Of a stretch of DNA of 15,139 nt, positions 1-7,540 are shown in pieces; position 1 is the first letter of the stretch, and every line of letters starts with the position of its first letter. The translations under genes and the position numbers were made by a program. The notes below the pieces were generated by a model that ran no database searches, was not told the origin of the DNA, and was given only the letters and a program-made list of their open reading frames with translations. The DNA is taken from assembly GCA_038134595.1 (NCBI GenBank), contig JAYPVM010000021.1:1-15139 (forward strand), in the 5' to 3' direction. Origin of the DNA: Pseudomonadota bacterium (lineage in GTDB: Bacteria; Bdellovibrionota_C; UBA2361; OMII01).

Positions 1-46
1 GTCGACTACTGAACATCAACTACTTGCAAAAAAGCTATTGGTTTTC

Positions 47-601
47 CTAGCAATCGCTTGTCTTCGCCGAGCGAATACCAAGAATCTGAGCCATAATTCG
101 GCTGACTTCTGCCGGAGTATAGAACTGCCCCTTGCTCTTTCCGCTTTCGGTAGCGAAGTGCCGCATCAGATACTCGTAGGCGTCACCAAGAATATCATCG
201 CCATCAGCTCTGTTCTTTGAGAAATCAAGTGAAGGGTTCTCGAATATCGCGATGAGATTGGTGAGGCGGTCCACCATCTCCTTTCCGCTTCCGAGCTTGT
301 TAGCGTCATTAAAGTCGGGAAGGTCAGATAGGTTATTTGCCTTCGCCAGAGGCCCGATTATCTGCTTGTTTATCAGGTCTCCGATATCCTTATTGCCCTT
401 CAAAGCAACCATGTCTTTAAAGCTTGCGCCTTGCGGAATGGTTATTGGCGCGTACGGCTGTCCGGCATACTTATCGCTGACGTACTTAATGAAGAGGAGG
501 ACGAGAACGTAGTCCTTATACTGACTAGCATCCATGCTGCCGCGAAGCTCGTCGCAGCTTGCCCAGAGAGATGAGTAGAGTTGAGATTTCTTTAGAGCCA
601 T
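47..601 (-). pseudogene. hsdM: Type I restriction-modification methyltransferase subunit M, N-terminal fragment only (184 aa)
   Basis: LWASCDELRG.MDASQYKDYVL (HsdM N-domain) and DILGDAYEYLMRHFATESGKSKGQFYTP are typical HsdM motifs, and there is an AAGGA RBS upstream. The ORF stops just before the expected YDP.CGSG SAM-binding motif. I translated the other two minus frames over 1-70 and they do not continue it. Confidence 0.9.
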
Positions 602-626
602 TTATCTTATCCTTACTTACGTCTTA

Positions 627-824
627 TTAACGACCGTTCACCGGTCGGCTTATCTTCTTCAAAAACTTTTCAAGGTCATCTCGCTTGAACAAGCGGTAGC
701 CGTTTATCGGATTCTTGTGCATCAGGATTTTCCCTGACTCCGCCCACGCGCGTAACGTGCCCTGAGAGACCCCCAAAATCTTCGCTGCCTCGGCCACCTT
801 TATGTACTCACTTACCTTAGTCAT
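627..824 (-). CDS. Small MerR/excisionase-like helix-turn-helix DNA-binding protein
   Basis: VAEAAKILGVSQGTLRAW...G......NPINGYRLF is the HTH_17/MerR-type pattern. ATG at 824 is preceded by AGGTG; the ORF track uses GTG at 830. Lies 25 bp upstream of hsdM on the same strand. Confidence 0.85.
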   Translation of the reverse strand: MTKVSEYIKVAEAAKILGVSQGTLRAWAESGKILMHKNPINGYRLFKRDDLEKFLKKISRPVNGR

Positions 825-864
825 CGACACCTGCCCCGCCGCTGAATACCGCCATCAAGACTGC

Positions 865-883
865 CAAAGTCTAGCAAAGTCTA
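865..883. promoter_or_regulatory. Tandem CAAAGTCTA direct repeat (10-bp period), candidate operator of the HTH protein
   Basis: CAAAGTCTA at 865-873 and 875-883, about 40-60 bp upstream of the HTH start and one helical turn apart. Confidence 0.35.
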
Positions 884-1069
884 CAGGTAAGAGACAACAG
901 CCGATTACAGGTGTGTCACCTGGAGATACGCCCCCAGTTGGGACCACGGGCAGCGCCCTCTGGGCTCCAAAGGATAGAGCGGCAGCTCTACTCACACGTC
1001 GGCGGAAATTGACCGGCGCTTCTCTTGCCGAATTGATGGATAGAGGGAGATTCTGACCCGAGAGTAAGT

Positions 1070-1197
1070 AGTACCAGTCACGACTAATGTAGTTTTCCTA
1101 TCGCCGTGATTGTTCCAAGGTGCCTACAGTTCATGGTGTGCTCTTTCCAAAGTCGGGATGGAACAAAGGTAAAAGTCGGAAAGTCGTGACTGGTACA
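1070..1197. mobile_element. MITE-like element with terminal inverted repeats
   Basis: Perfect 15-bp IR GTACCAGTCACGACT (1071-1085) / AGTCGTGACTGGTAC (1182-1196), extending to 18/19 over 1067-1085 / 1182-1200. The right end finishes in ACA (1195-1197). AAAGTCG recurs at 1149, 1172 and 1180. No ORF inside and no clear target-site duplication. Confidence 0.55.
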
Positions 1198-1201
1198 ACT
1201 A

Positions 1202-1349
1202 TTACTTGGAGCCCCCTTCCCACTTTAGGTCACTAAAGCCGCTAACAATCCTAAGTCGCTCCAAGTTCCAGGTGTCATACGCGAAACCGAGGAATATTAC
1301 ACGCTCCGCGTTGTAAATTAGAAATCGGCTACCTAAGAAGCTCTCGTTC
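1202..1349 (-). pseudogene. Internal fragment of a SIR2/AbiH-like protein, ending in the 45-bp repeat
   Basis: Reads ...LIYNAERVIFLGFAYDTWNLERLRI-VSGFSDLKWEGGSK*. The A..(I/V)IFLGF.Y...NL.RL pattern resembles the C-terminal strand-helix of SIR2-like Rossmann folds (recognition from memory). Confidence 0.5.
1204..1248. repeat. 45-bp perfect direct repeat, left copy (att-like)
   Basis: ACTTGGAGCCCCCTTCCCACTTTAGGTCACTAAAGCCGCTAACAA, identical to 15042-15086; the flanks diverge on both sides. Confidence 0.95.
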
Positions 1350-1838
1350 CTAATCAGTCCGTACGACAGTCGCCGTCTCGTCTGCAGAGAGAGGCTCGAA
1401 TAGTTTGAATAATTTCTCAAAGGCAGGTTCATCTATCATCAGAGCGTTGCCCCCTGCCCGTGTCCGGTCTAGGCATCGCTTTTTCATAACTTCCCGATCA
1501 CACTGCATCGAATAGATGTGGGCCTGCGCCCCCATGTCCCGGACCTTTTCAAGCGCCTCGTCGCGCGAGCGCCGATTCCAAAAGCCAAAATCCAAAATCA
1601 CCGGAACACTGAGCTCGACAAGCTCGCCCGCCAATTTCCAAATAAGCTTCGTTATTCGATCATAGAACTCTGGAAATTTATCCGCTGGGGGATTCGTACC
1701 GTAAAGGTCCACCATGAATTCATCATGAGTCAATCGAATAGCTCGTTTTTCCTTCGCTAGTGACATTGCAAAAGTCGTCTTGCCGGAGCCGATGAATCCA
1801 TGCATCAGGTATATATGCTTGCCGTTCTCGCTATTCAT
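1350..1838 (-). CDS. P-loop kinase-like protein (AAA_33 / predicted kinase family)
   Basis: Walker A GFIGSGKTT at the N-terminus, then RLTHDE and VILDFGFW.R..RD. Strong GAGGAGG RBS upstream. Confidence 0.88.
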   Translation of the reverse strand: MNSENGKHIYLMHGFIGSGKTTFAMSLAKEKRAIRLTHDEFMVDLYGTNPPADKFPEFYDRITKLIWKLAGELVELSVPVILDFGFWNRRSRDEALEKVRDMGAQAHIYSMQCDREVMKKRCLDRTRAGGNALMIDEPAFEKLFKLFEPLSADETATVVRTD

Positions 1839-1904
1839 ATTTGCTTACCTCCTCTGATACTTACTACCTTTGTCTTCCCTCTAACAGGACTATCTGTCGG
1901 GGCG

Positions 1905-2882
1905 CTATCGCACATATTTATTAAGATATTTCTGATGAATCCACTCGTAAGTGGCGCCAAGGTTCTGGAGGATTGAAAGTGAAGGTGCCCAGTTCAACTG
2001 TTGGAAAATTTTTGTATTATCACTGCATCTACCGCGTACGCCTAAAGGTGCCCCCGCAACATACTCCCGCTCGAACTGGATGCCCGCCAAACCCTCTATT
2101 ACAGTTACCAGTTCATTAATGCTGATTACCAGATCAGAGCCAAGATTCAATGGTTCGGACACGTCGGCATCCATCATCTTCAATATACCGGTGGTACAAT
2201 CATCGATGTGAGTAAAGCTACGCTTTTGATTGCCATCGCCCCAAATCTCGAGCTTCCGACGGTTTGAATACTTCGCTTCAATGGCCTTTCGACATAATGC
2301 TGCTGGTGCCTTTTCTCTACCACCTTCCCAAGTACAACAAGGACCGAATACATTGTGAAGTCTTGCTACTCGAGTCTTCAGGCCGAACTCCTCGGAGAAG
2401 TGTCGGCATAATCTCTCCGAGAACAATTTTTCCCAGCCGTAACCGTCTTCCGGATTCGCCGGATAGGCATCCTCCTCTTTGAGAGGCACCACATCTGAGC
2501 TGCTCTGCAGCGCTACGTTATAAACACACGCCGTACTCGCGAAGAAAAATTTCGATGCACCTGCCAGCCTTGCGGCCTCAAGAAGATTTGCTCCTATAAC
2601 AACCGACAGCATACATGCTGCTTTGTTGAGTTCGATGAAGCCCATCCCTCCCATATCACAGGCAAGATTGAAGATCTCGTTCATTCCAGAGCAAACTTCC
2701 TTGCAATTAGAACGATCACGGAGATCAAGCACCATGTTCTCAGCAGAATGATGAACCTGCTCCCAATCGGAGACTGGCTTAACATCTACGGCACGAACTG
2801 AGTGGCCAGCCTCAAGCAAACGCTTCGTAAGCCAACCGCCAATGAAGCCTCCTGCTCCCGCTACAACAACTGCTTTGCTCAT
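1905..2882 (-). CDS. NAD-dependent epimerase/dehydratase, GDP-mannose 3,5-epimerase-like
   Basis: GAGGFIG Rossmann motif, LACDMGGMGFI, STACVY, YGWEK (YxxxK), GGREKAPAALCRK and IWGDG.Q.RSF are diagnostic of the GME subfamily. Likely ATG at 2882 with a GAAGG RBS. Confidence 0.9.
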   Translation of the reverse strand: MSKAVVVAGAGGFIGGWLTKRLLEAGHSVRAVDVKPVSDWEQVHHSAENMVLDLRDRSNCKEVCSGMNEIFNLACDMGGMGFIELNKAACMLSVVIGANLLEAARLAGASKFFFASTACVYNVALQSSSDVVPLKEEDAYPANPEDGYGWEKLFSERLCRHFSEEFGLKTRVARLHNVFGPCCTWEGGREKAPAALCRKAIEAKYSNRRKLEIWGDGNQKRSFTHIDDCTTGILKMMDADVSEPLNLGSDLVISINELVTVIEGLAGIQFEREYVAGAPLGVRGRCSDNTKIFQQLNWAPSLSILQNLGATYEWIHQKYLNKYVR

Positions 2883-3104
2883 TATACACCCTTCAAGTCG
2901 CCAACTAGCAACCTCGGCACCGGTCATGACGTGCAGTGGTTAGCCACAGAGACCCGCGTCTCACCGTCCGAAACTATTATTTCGTAGAACCAGTGCAGAA
3001 GCAAGTAAAAGTACTTATGCTTAGATCGTACCTTCAGTGGAGAAATCAACCTTTAGATTCAGAAAGCTAAAGCGACGGTGTAATCATGGAGCGAGCACGC
3101 CACT

Positions 3105-3136
3105 AAAAGAAAAAGGCTACAGAGTTTCGTTGCCTT
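3105..3136 (-). terminator. Possible weak intrinsic terminator after the methyltransferase
   Basis: Minus-strand imperfect hairpin AAGGCaAC...GTaGCCTT followed by TTTCTTTT, just downstream of the stop at 3154. Confidence 0.3.
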
Positions 3137-3153
3137 GTTTCAGACCATCAACC

Positions 3154-3885
3154 TCAACGAGAACACAACCACAGGCCCCGGGTTTTTCCATCGAAGCCCA
3201 CAGTTTCGCCGAGACATCGTACTGATTCAAAGATTCTTGTTGCTAAAAGGTTGTCGGCAATTTGACTAGGCCCCCAGTCCGCAAACACATTCTCATGGGT
3301 CTCAAAAATAAAATACTTCTTGCAGTGCTCCTCAACCCAACGAAAAAAGAACTGAGCTCGATCTCCCAGCACTACCATGGGAGCGTCCGAGGGAAGATAA
3401 CCGTACCCCAAGAACAAATGGTGAAAGACACTCAGCGACATAACAACATCGCATTCGAGATCGCAATCACGCGTCTGCATTACGGTCAAAAGATTTCGGT
3501 CAAGAAATTCGACATCGAGCCCGAATTTTAACGCATCTTCCCTGCCTTGGTCGAGGCAATGAGATATCTCCATCTTGAGCGTATGGGAGTGCTGATCGTT
3601 ATCTATGCCGATTACGCGCCGCGCGCCCAATGCTTTAAGGCCGATACAAAACATGCCGTTAGCGCAACCAAGGTCGAGAAAGCTAAGTTCTCCAATCTCA
3701 GTAGATAGTGTTTCAAAAATCAATTTGAGACGATCGACGCAAAGCCGCCCGCAGCGCGCATAAGCTCCCTCAACTAAAGTCGAGCTTATGCTACATTCTA
3801 GGTCATCAAGCCGAAGTTGCTTCAACAACTCAAATTCAGCGCTTGTGAAGCGAGGCTGATAAGGCGCAAGGGGGTTAACAAACAT
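3154..3885 (-). CDS. Class I SAM-dependent methyltransferase
   Basis: FLDLGCANG (motif I), VIGID (motif II), DVVMSLSVFHH and FIFE. ATG at 3885 has a GGAGG RBS and overlaps the upstream gene's end (3875). Confidence 0.85.
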   Translation of the reverse strand: MFVNPLAPYQPRFTSAEFELLKQLRLDDLECSISSTLVEGAYARCGRLCVDRLKLIFETLSTEIGELSFLDLGCANGMFCIGLKALGARRVIGIDNDQHSHTLKMEISHCLDQGREDALKFGLDVEFLDRNLLTVMQTRDCDLECDVVMSLSVFHHLFLGYGYLPSDAPMVVLGDRAQFFFRWVEEHCKKYFIFETHENVFADWGPSQIADNLLATRIFESVRCLGETVGFDGKTRGLWLCSR

Positions 3886-4591
3886 TTTCTCGATACCTCC
3901 GGTGAAATTCATCTTCAAGCCACTGCGAATCATTAATTTTCTGAAGAGCGGAGGGGTCCATCTCGTATTCCTTGAAAAAACTCACCCCATCTAATGCACC
4001 TTTAATTGCCCAGCTTCCATAGGGCTTGTCAGCTCCACAAGTACACCACGTCCTGAGCCTTTGTGCCGCCCGCTCTTCACCCGTGCGGAAACGATCCGCA
4101 TGTGACAACATACAGCATTCACGAAATCCCGCCTTCCATGCACCGAACGGAGAGCAATTGAACGCGGTAATACTGGCGACTTCCTTCATGAACTTCACCT
4201 TTATTCCATCCCCCGCGATGAAATCGAGCTTGGATTCGTCGATATTGCGCATGACATCTGCACCAACTAATTTAATCCCACCATATCCGTACACGAGCCC
4301 ATTCACAGCGTTAATTGTTTGCCAAACGAGTAGATCCTGAGAAGAGGCAATTGGTCTAATCTCATCGGTATTGAACTCATTCAAGAGAAGGCTATCGCCG
4401 TCGATCAGAAAGTAAAATGGGGTGCGAGCAATTTCAGCCGACCGCCTGTAGGCATTTGCCATACCTTCGATGCCATGGAGGCGTTGACACCAAGGCATCT
4501 TCTGCAGGGCCTGCGCATAGTGTTCCTCGGCATTCAATTCTCGATAAGAAATAAATACCGCATCGTACGTACCTAGACAGTTCATCGACAT
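3875..4591 (-). CDS. GT-A-fold glycosyltransferase-like protein of a family common in large phages
   Basis: DAVFISY.E.NAEE, RLHGIEG, FLIDGD (DxD), N.VNGLVYGYGGIKL and AFN.SPF.AWK.GFREC. The start is uncertain (4591 or 4585). Confidence 0.7.
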   Translation of the reverse strand: MSMNCLGTYDAVFISYRELNAEEHYAQALQKMPWCQRLHGIEGMANAYRRSAEIARTPFYFLIDGDSLLLNEFNTDEIRPIASSQDLLVWQTINAVNGLVYGYGGIKLVGADVMRNIDESKLDFIAGDGIKVKFMKEVASITAFNCSPFGAWKAGFRECCMLSHADRFRTGEERAAQRLRTWCTCGADKPYGSWAIKGALDGVSFFKEYEMDPSALQKINDSQWLEDEFHRRYRENVC

Positions 4592-4651
4592 CTGACTGAG
4601 ACCTGGAGAAATGATTTGCTTTGGCAAAACTATATCAGTAAGCTTGTTCTC

Positions 4652-5539
4652 ATGAAACTAGGTCCCGTACCCAGGAACCCGGTTCTCCTCACTTCCGTGA
4701 TTGGAGAGAATAGCGAGTTACTGCCCCACTTTATAGAGCACTACAAGAACCTTGGGGTGACTGAGTTTCACCTCGTCCTACATCTCAAAGATGACGGAGA
4801 TCCATTCAGACCTCAAGCCGAGGAGTGTCTCGCTCGCTACGGCATTGTTCCAGTAGCGCAGATTATTGGACCTTGGAACGAAGATGATAACCGTGGGGCG
4901 ATTGAGAAGATTATGGAGAACCATCCCAATCAGTGGTGGATAGTGGCTGATCTGGATGAATTTCAGGTATATGGGAAGGGAATTGCTGAAGTCATCGAGC
5001 GTTGCCTCACGAGTGGATCTGATTTTGTGGAGGGGGCGTTGATCGATCGGGTAGCAATCGATGGTTACATGCGCCCAATAGGTTCGGATTGCCTGTGGGG
5101 ACAATTTCCGCTCGCCGGGCTGGTTACCCATCCTGTTTGCGGTGGATACATCAAGAAAGTAGTGCTATGTCGCAGCCAAGTGCGACTGGGCCCTGGTCAA
5201 CACTCCGCCACTAATGGAAAGGCACTACCCGCAAATGAGTGCTTTATTCAAGTTCATCACTTTAAATGGTCGGAGAGCCTTGTAGAGAGGTTACAACGCA
5301 GAATGGTAGGCTTCCAGTGTGGCATTGCTCGGACAGTGACCCCCTCTTATCCAGACGAGCTTCGACGAACAATTGAGTACATGATGGGGCAAAATTTTGT
5401 GATCAACATCGAAGACCCTTCTTTTCGTTTTGAGTATTGCCCTGAAATGCGCATCGCCTACTCCAGATGGGATGACGTAGTATATTTCGTCAAAAAGGAA
5501 TGGCCTGCCCAACATCGAGAGGGACAGGGGCAAATTTAA
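4652..5539 (+). CDS. Glycosyltransferase family 2-like (Glyco_tranf_2_4 type)
   Basis: LLPHFIEHY..LGV, WWIVADLDEF (DxD-E), G.LIDR, KVVL...V.LGPGQH and VHHFKW. Likely ATG at 4652. Confidence 0.8.
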   Translation: MKLGPVPRNPVLLTSVIGENSELLPHFIEHYKNLGVTEFHLVLHLKDDGDPFRPQAEECLARYGIVPVAQIIGPWNEDDNRGAIEKIMENHPNQWWIVADLDEFQVYGKGIAEVIERCLTSGSDFVEGALIDRVAIDGYMRPIGSDCLWGQFPLAGLVTHPVCGGYIKKVVLCRSQVRLGPGQHSATNGKALPANECFIQVHHFKWSESLVERLQRRMVGFQCGIARTVTPSYPDELRRTIEYMMGQNFVINIEDPSFRFEYCPEMRIAYSRWDDVVYFVKKEWPAQHREGQGQI

Positions 5540-5579
5540 AAAAAGTGAGTTTAGATTTTAAGGAATCAGTGAAGAAGTT

Positions 5580-6596
5580 ATGAGTGTGAATGAACAGATA
5601 GAGTTGACGCTTATTCTTTGTTCGCGAAACGACAACTACATGGGCAACTCCAATTGGCGGTTGCAGGCGTCTCTCGACACGACATTAGCGCATGCGTTTG
5701 CTGCCGGGGTGCTCGATAGGCTAGAAATTCTCGTCTGTGATTGGGGAAGTACGGTTCCTTTACGGGAAGTCATTTCACTCAATAAGGCTGCTGAGGACAA
5801 AGTAAAGTTCATTGAAGTTCCTCCTAGCATCGCCTCTGCATATCAGAAAGACAGCCCATTTGCAGAAGTAATTGCGCTGAATGTCGCAGCAAAACGAGCT
5901 CGAGGCGACTTCATCGGTCGTGTTGATGCCGACACAATTGTAGGTGAGCACGCTCTGCGAAAGCTCTTCGATATAATCAGACAAGGCGGAATCAGCTATT
6001 TTCAGGCAAAAAAGACGGTTCTCTTCTCCATGCGTCGCCGGGTACCATTTCGGATAGTCGAGCGTTCCCTACCCCCGGCATTGATTCGATACATTCTCCG
6101 ATTCATGAAGCCGTTCTTGCCTGTCGAGGCCATCCCAGGCGAACCCTTTTATCGCTGCTACGTCGGAATCTTCATGATGCATCGGGCCCTTTGGTATGAA
6201 TGTACCGGATATGACGAGAATCTTTTGTACTGGGGCTTCATGGAGACGGATGTTGTTTATCGCCTCGCACCCAAGTATCAGGTTGTGAATGTCGGTGACT
6301 TCTTAAATCACGATTTCTACCATTTGGAGCATTATCATCCGAGGAAAAAACGAGTGACTGATCGCAACTGGAATGCCATGAAGTATCCAACCGTAGCTGC
6401 CCCAAACCCGGAGTCGTGGGGACTCTCGGAAACTCACTTTGGACTCACAAAACCGAAAGCGGCAGGCGATGTTTCGTCGGGGTCAGAAAGCCATATGGTC
6501 GTGAGAGCGGCCTTGTCTCTCGGTGCGGCACTCAGCATGATATTAGTTGATTTTTTCTGTTTGTCTCTTCTTTCTAGGCGTGAGAGCAACAAATGA
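5580..6596 (+). CDS. GT2-like glycosyltransferase with a hydrophobic C-terminal tail
   Basis: SRNDNYMG, EILVCDWGS, NVAAKRARGDFI..DAD (DxD), GYDE....WG..ETD and YHLEH. The C-terminal segment AALSLGAALSMILVDFFCLSLL may be a membrane anchor. Confidence 0.8.
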   Translation: MSVNEQIELTLILCSRNDNYMGNSNWRLQASLDTTLAHAFAAGVLDRLEILVCDWGSTVPLREVISLNKAAEDKVKFIEVPPSIASAYQKDSPFAEVIALNVAAKRARGDFIGRVDADTIVGEHALRKLFDIIRQGGISYFQAKKTVLFSMRRRVPFRIVERSLPPALIRYILRFMKPFLPVEAIPGEPFYRCYVGIFMMHRALWYECTGYDENLLYWGFMETDVVYRLAPKYQVVNVGDFLNHDFYHLEHYHPRKKRVTDRNWNAMKYPTVAAPNPESWGLSETHFGLTKPKAAGDVSSGSESHMVVRAALSLGAALSMILVDFFCLSLLSRRESNK

Positions 6597-7540
6597 GGAT
6601 GTACGTTTCAATAGCATCGTGGGGCGCAGATCGATCAAGTCAAAATAAGAAGAGTGGAATCTACCTGATCAATTTCGATGCAAAGCAAATCGAACCAGTA
6701 TATGAAATGACAGTTCTCGATCGCCATAGGGGCTTTGCAGGATTTAGCTTTGATGGTGACCGCATTTACGCTGGCTGCCTTGCCAGCAATGACCATGATA
6801 TCGTGGTGGCACTTAACAGAAAAAACGGAACTGTTGAAGGTACGTTCGAGAAAGAGGGGTTATTCGACATACATCAAGTGGACTGCTTTGGAGAACACCT
6901 TTGGATTTGTAATACCAACAAGTATGAGATTGTAACGATCACACGTAAAAACCTTATGGAGGTCCAGCGGTGGAAAGTGTTCGATAATTTCAGAGACGAA
7001 CTCCTACTGAACCAGCGGGAAAAGGATCGCTTTGGCGATCCAAGGAAACGGGTTCACATGAATTCAATTCGTGTTAATAACACGGGATGCCAGATCGGAC
7101 ATTTTGGAGCTGAAGAGGGTGCTTTCGACAGCGCCCAGCTTACTTCTTTGACATGGAATGGCAGCACAAGCGCGACAATGTCGGTGAAACATGATCGCGA
7201 AGTCTCTCACATGAACTTCCCTCACAATGTGTACAAGGATAACGAAGGACGCTTGTTTGCCTGCATTTCTGGTGACGGACGGGTAGTTATTCGAGGCGCC
7301 TCTGTGCAGATTGGAGGATGGGTCCGAGGTGTGGCTTTGACTAACGAGTATGCTTTTATTGGAGTGTCCTCGACAAGCTATTACGGGGTTAGTGGCCCGG
7401 CCCGTTCGATGGAAATAGTTAAAGTCCGGCTCGAAACTATGGAAATTCAGGACCGATTTATTTTTCCTGAACCCGGACAGATTTACGATGTGCGTGTAAT
7501 TTCAGAGCCAGACTACGGAATGTCGTCACCGGTTTGGTAA
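6593..7540 (+). CDS. Putative beta-propeller protein (DUF4915/TIGR03032-like)
   Basis: Repeated beta-rich blades with DIHQ, HMNSI, FPHN, GWVRGVAL...AFIGVS and QIYDVR. ATGA overlap with the upstream GT. Confidence 0.6.
   Translation: MRMYVSIASWGADRSSQNKKSGIYLINFDAKQIEPVYEMTVLDRHRGFAGFSFDGDRIYAGCLASNDHDIVVALNRKNGTVEGTFEKEGLFDIHQVDCFGEHLWICNTNKYEIVTITRKNLMEVQRWKVFDNFRDELLLNQREKDRFGDPRKRVHMNSIRVNNTGCQIGHFGAEEGAFDSAQLTSLTWNGSTSATMSVKHDREVSHMNFPHNVYKDNEGRLFACISGDGRVVIRGASVQIGGWVRGVALTNEYAFIGVSSTSYYGVSGPARSMEIVKVRLETMEIQDRFIFPEPGQIYDVRVISEPDYGMSSPVW

Noticed and set aside
802..1056. 84-aa plus-strand ORF and the many short antisense or nested ORFs across the cluster
   Set aside because: These are shadow ORFs overlapping well-supported genes, with no motifs or RBS support.
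1204..1248. tRNA/tmRNA-derived att site or CRISPR repeat
   Set aside because: There is no TTC(G/A)A T-loop or CCA end, and only two copies 13.8 kb apart with no spacer array.
1240..1349. Integron attC site after the kinase gene (GTTAGCG on the minus strand)
   Set aside because: There is no matching RYYYAAC inverse core or long palindrome, and the region is better explained as a coding remnant.
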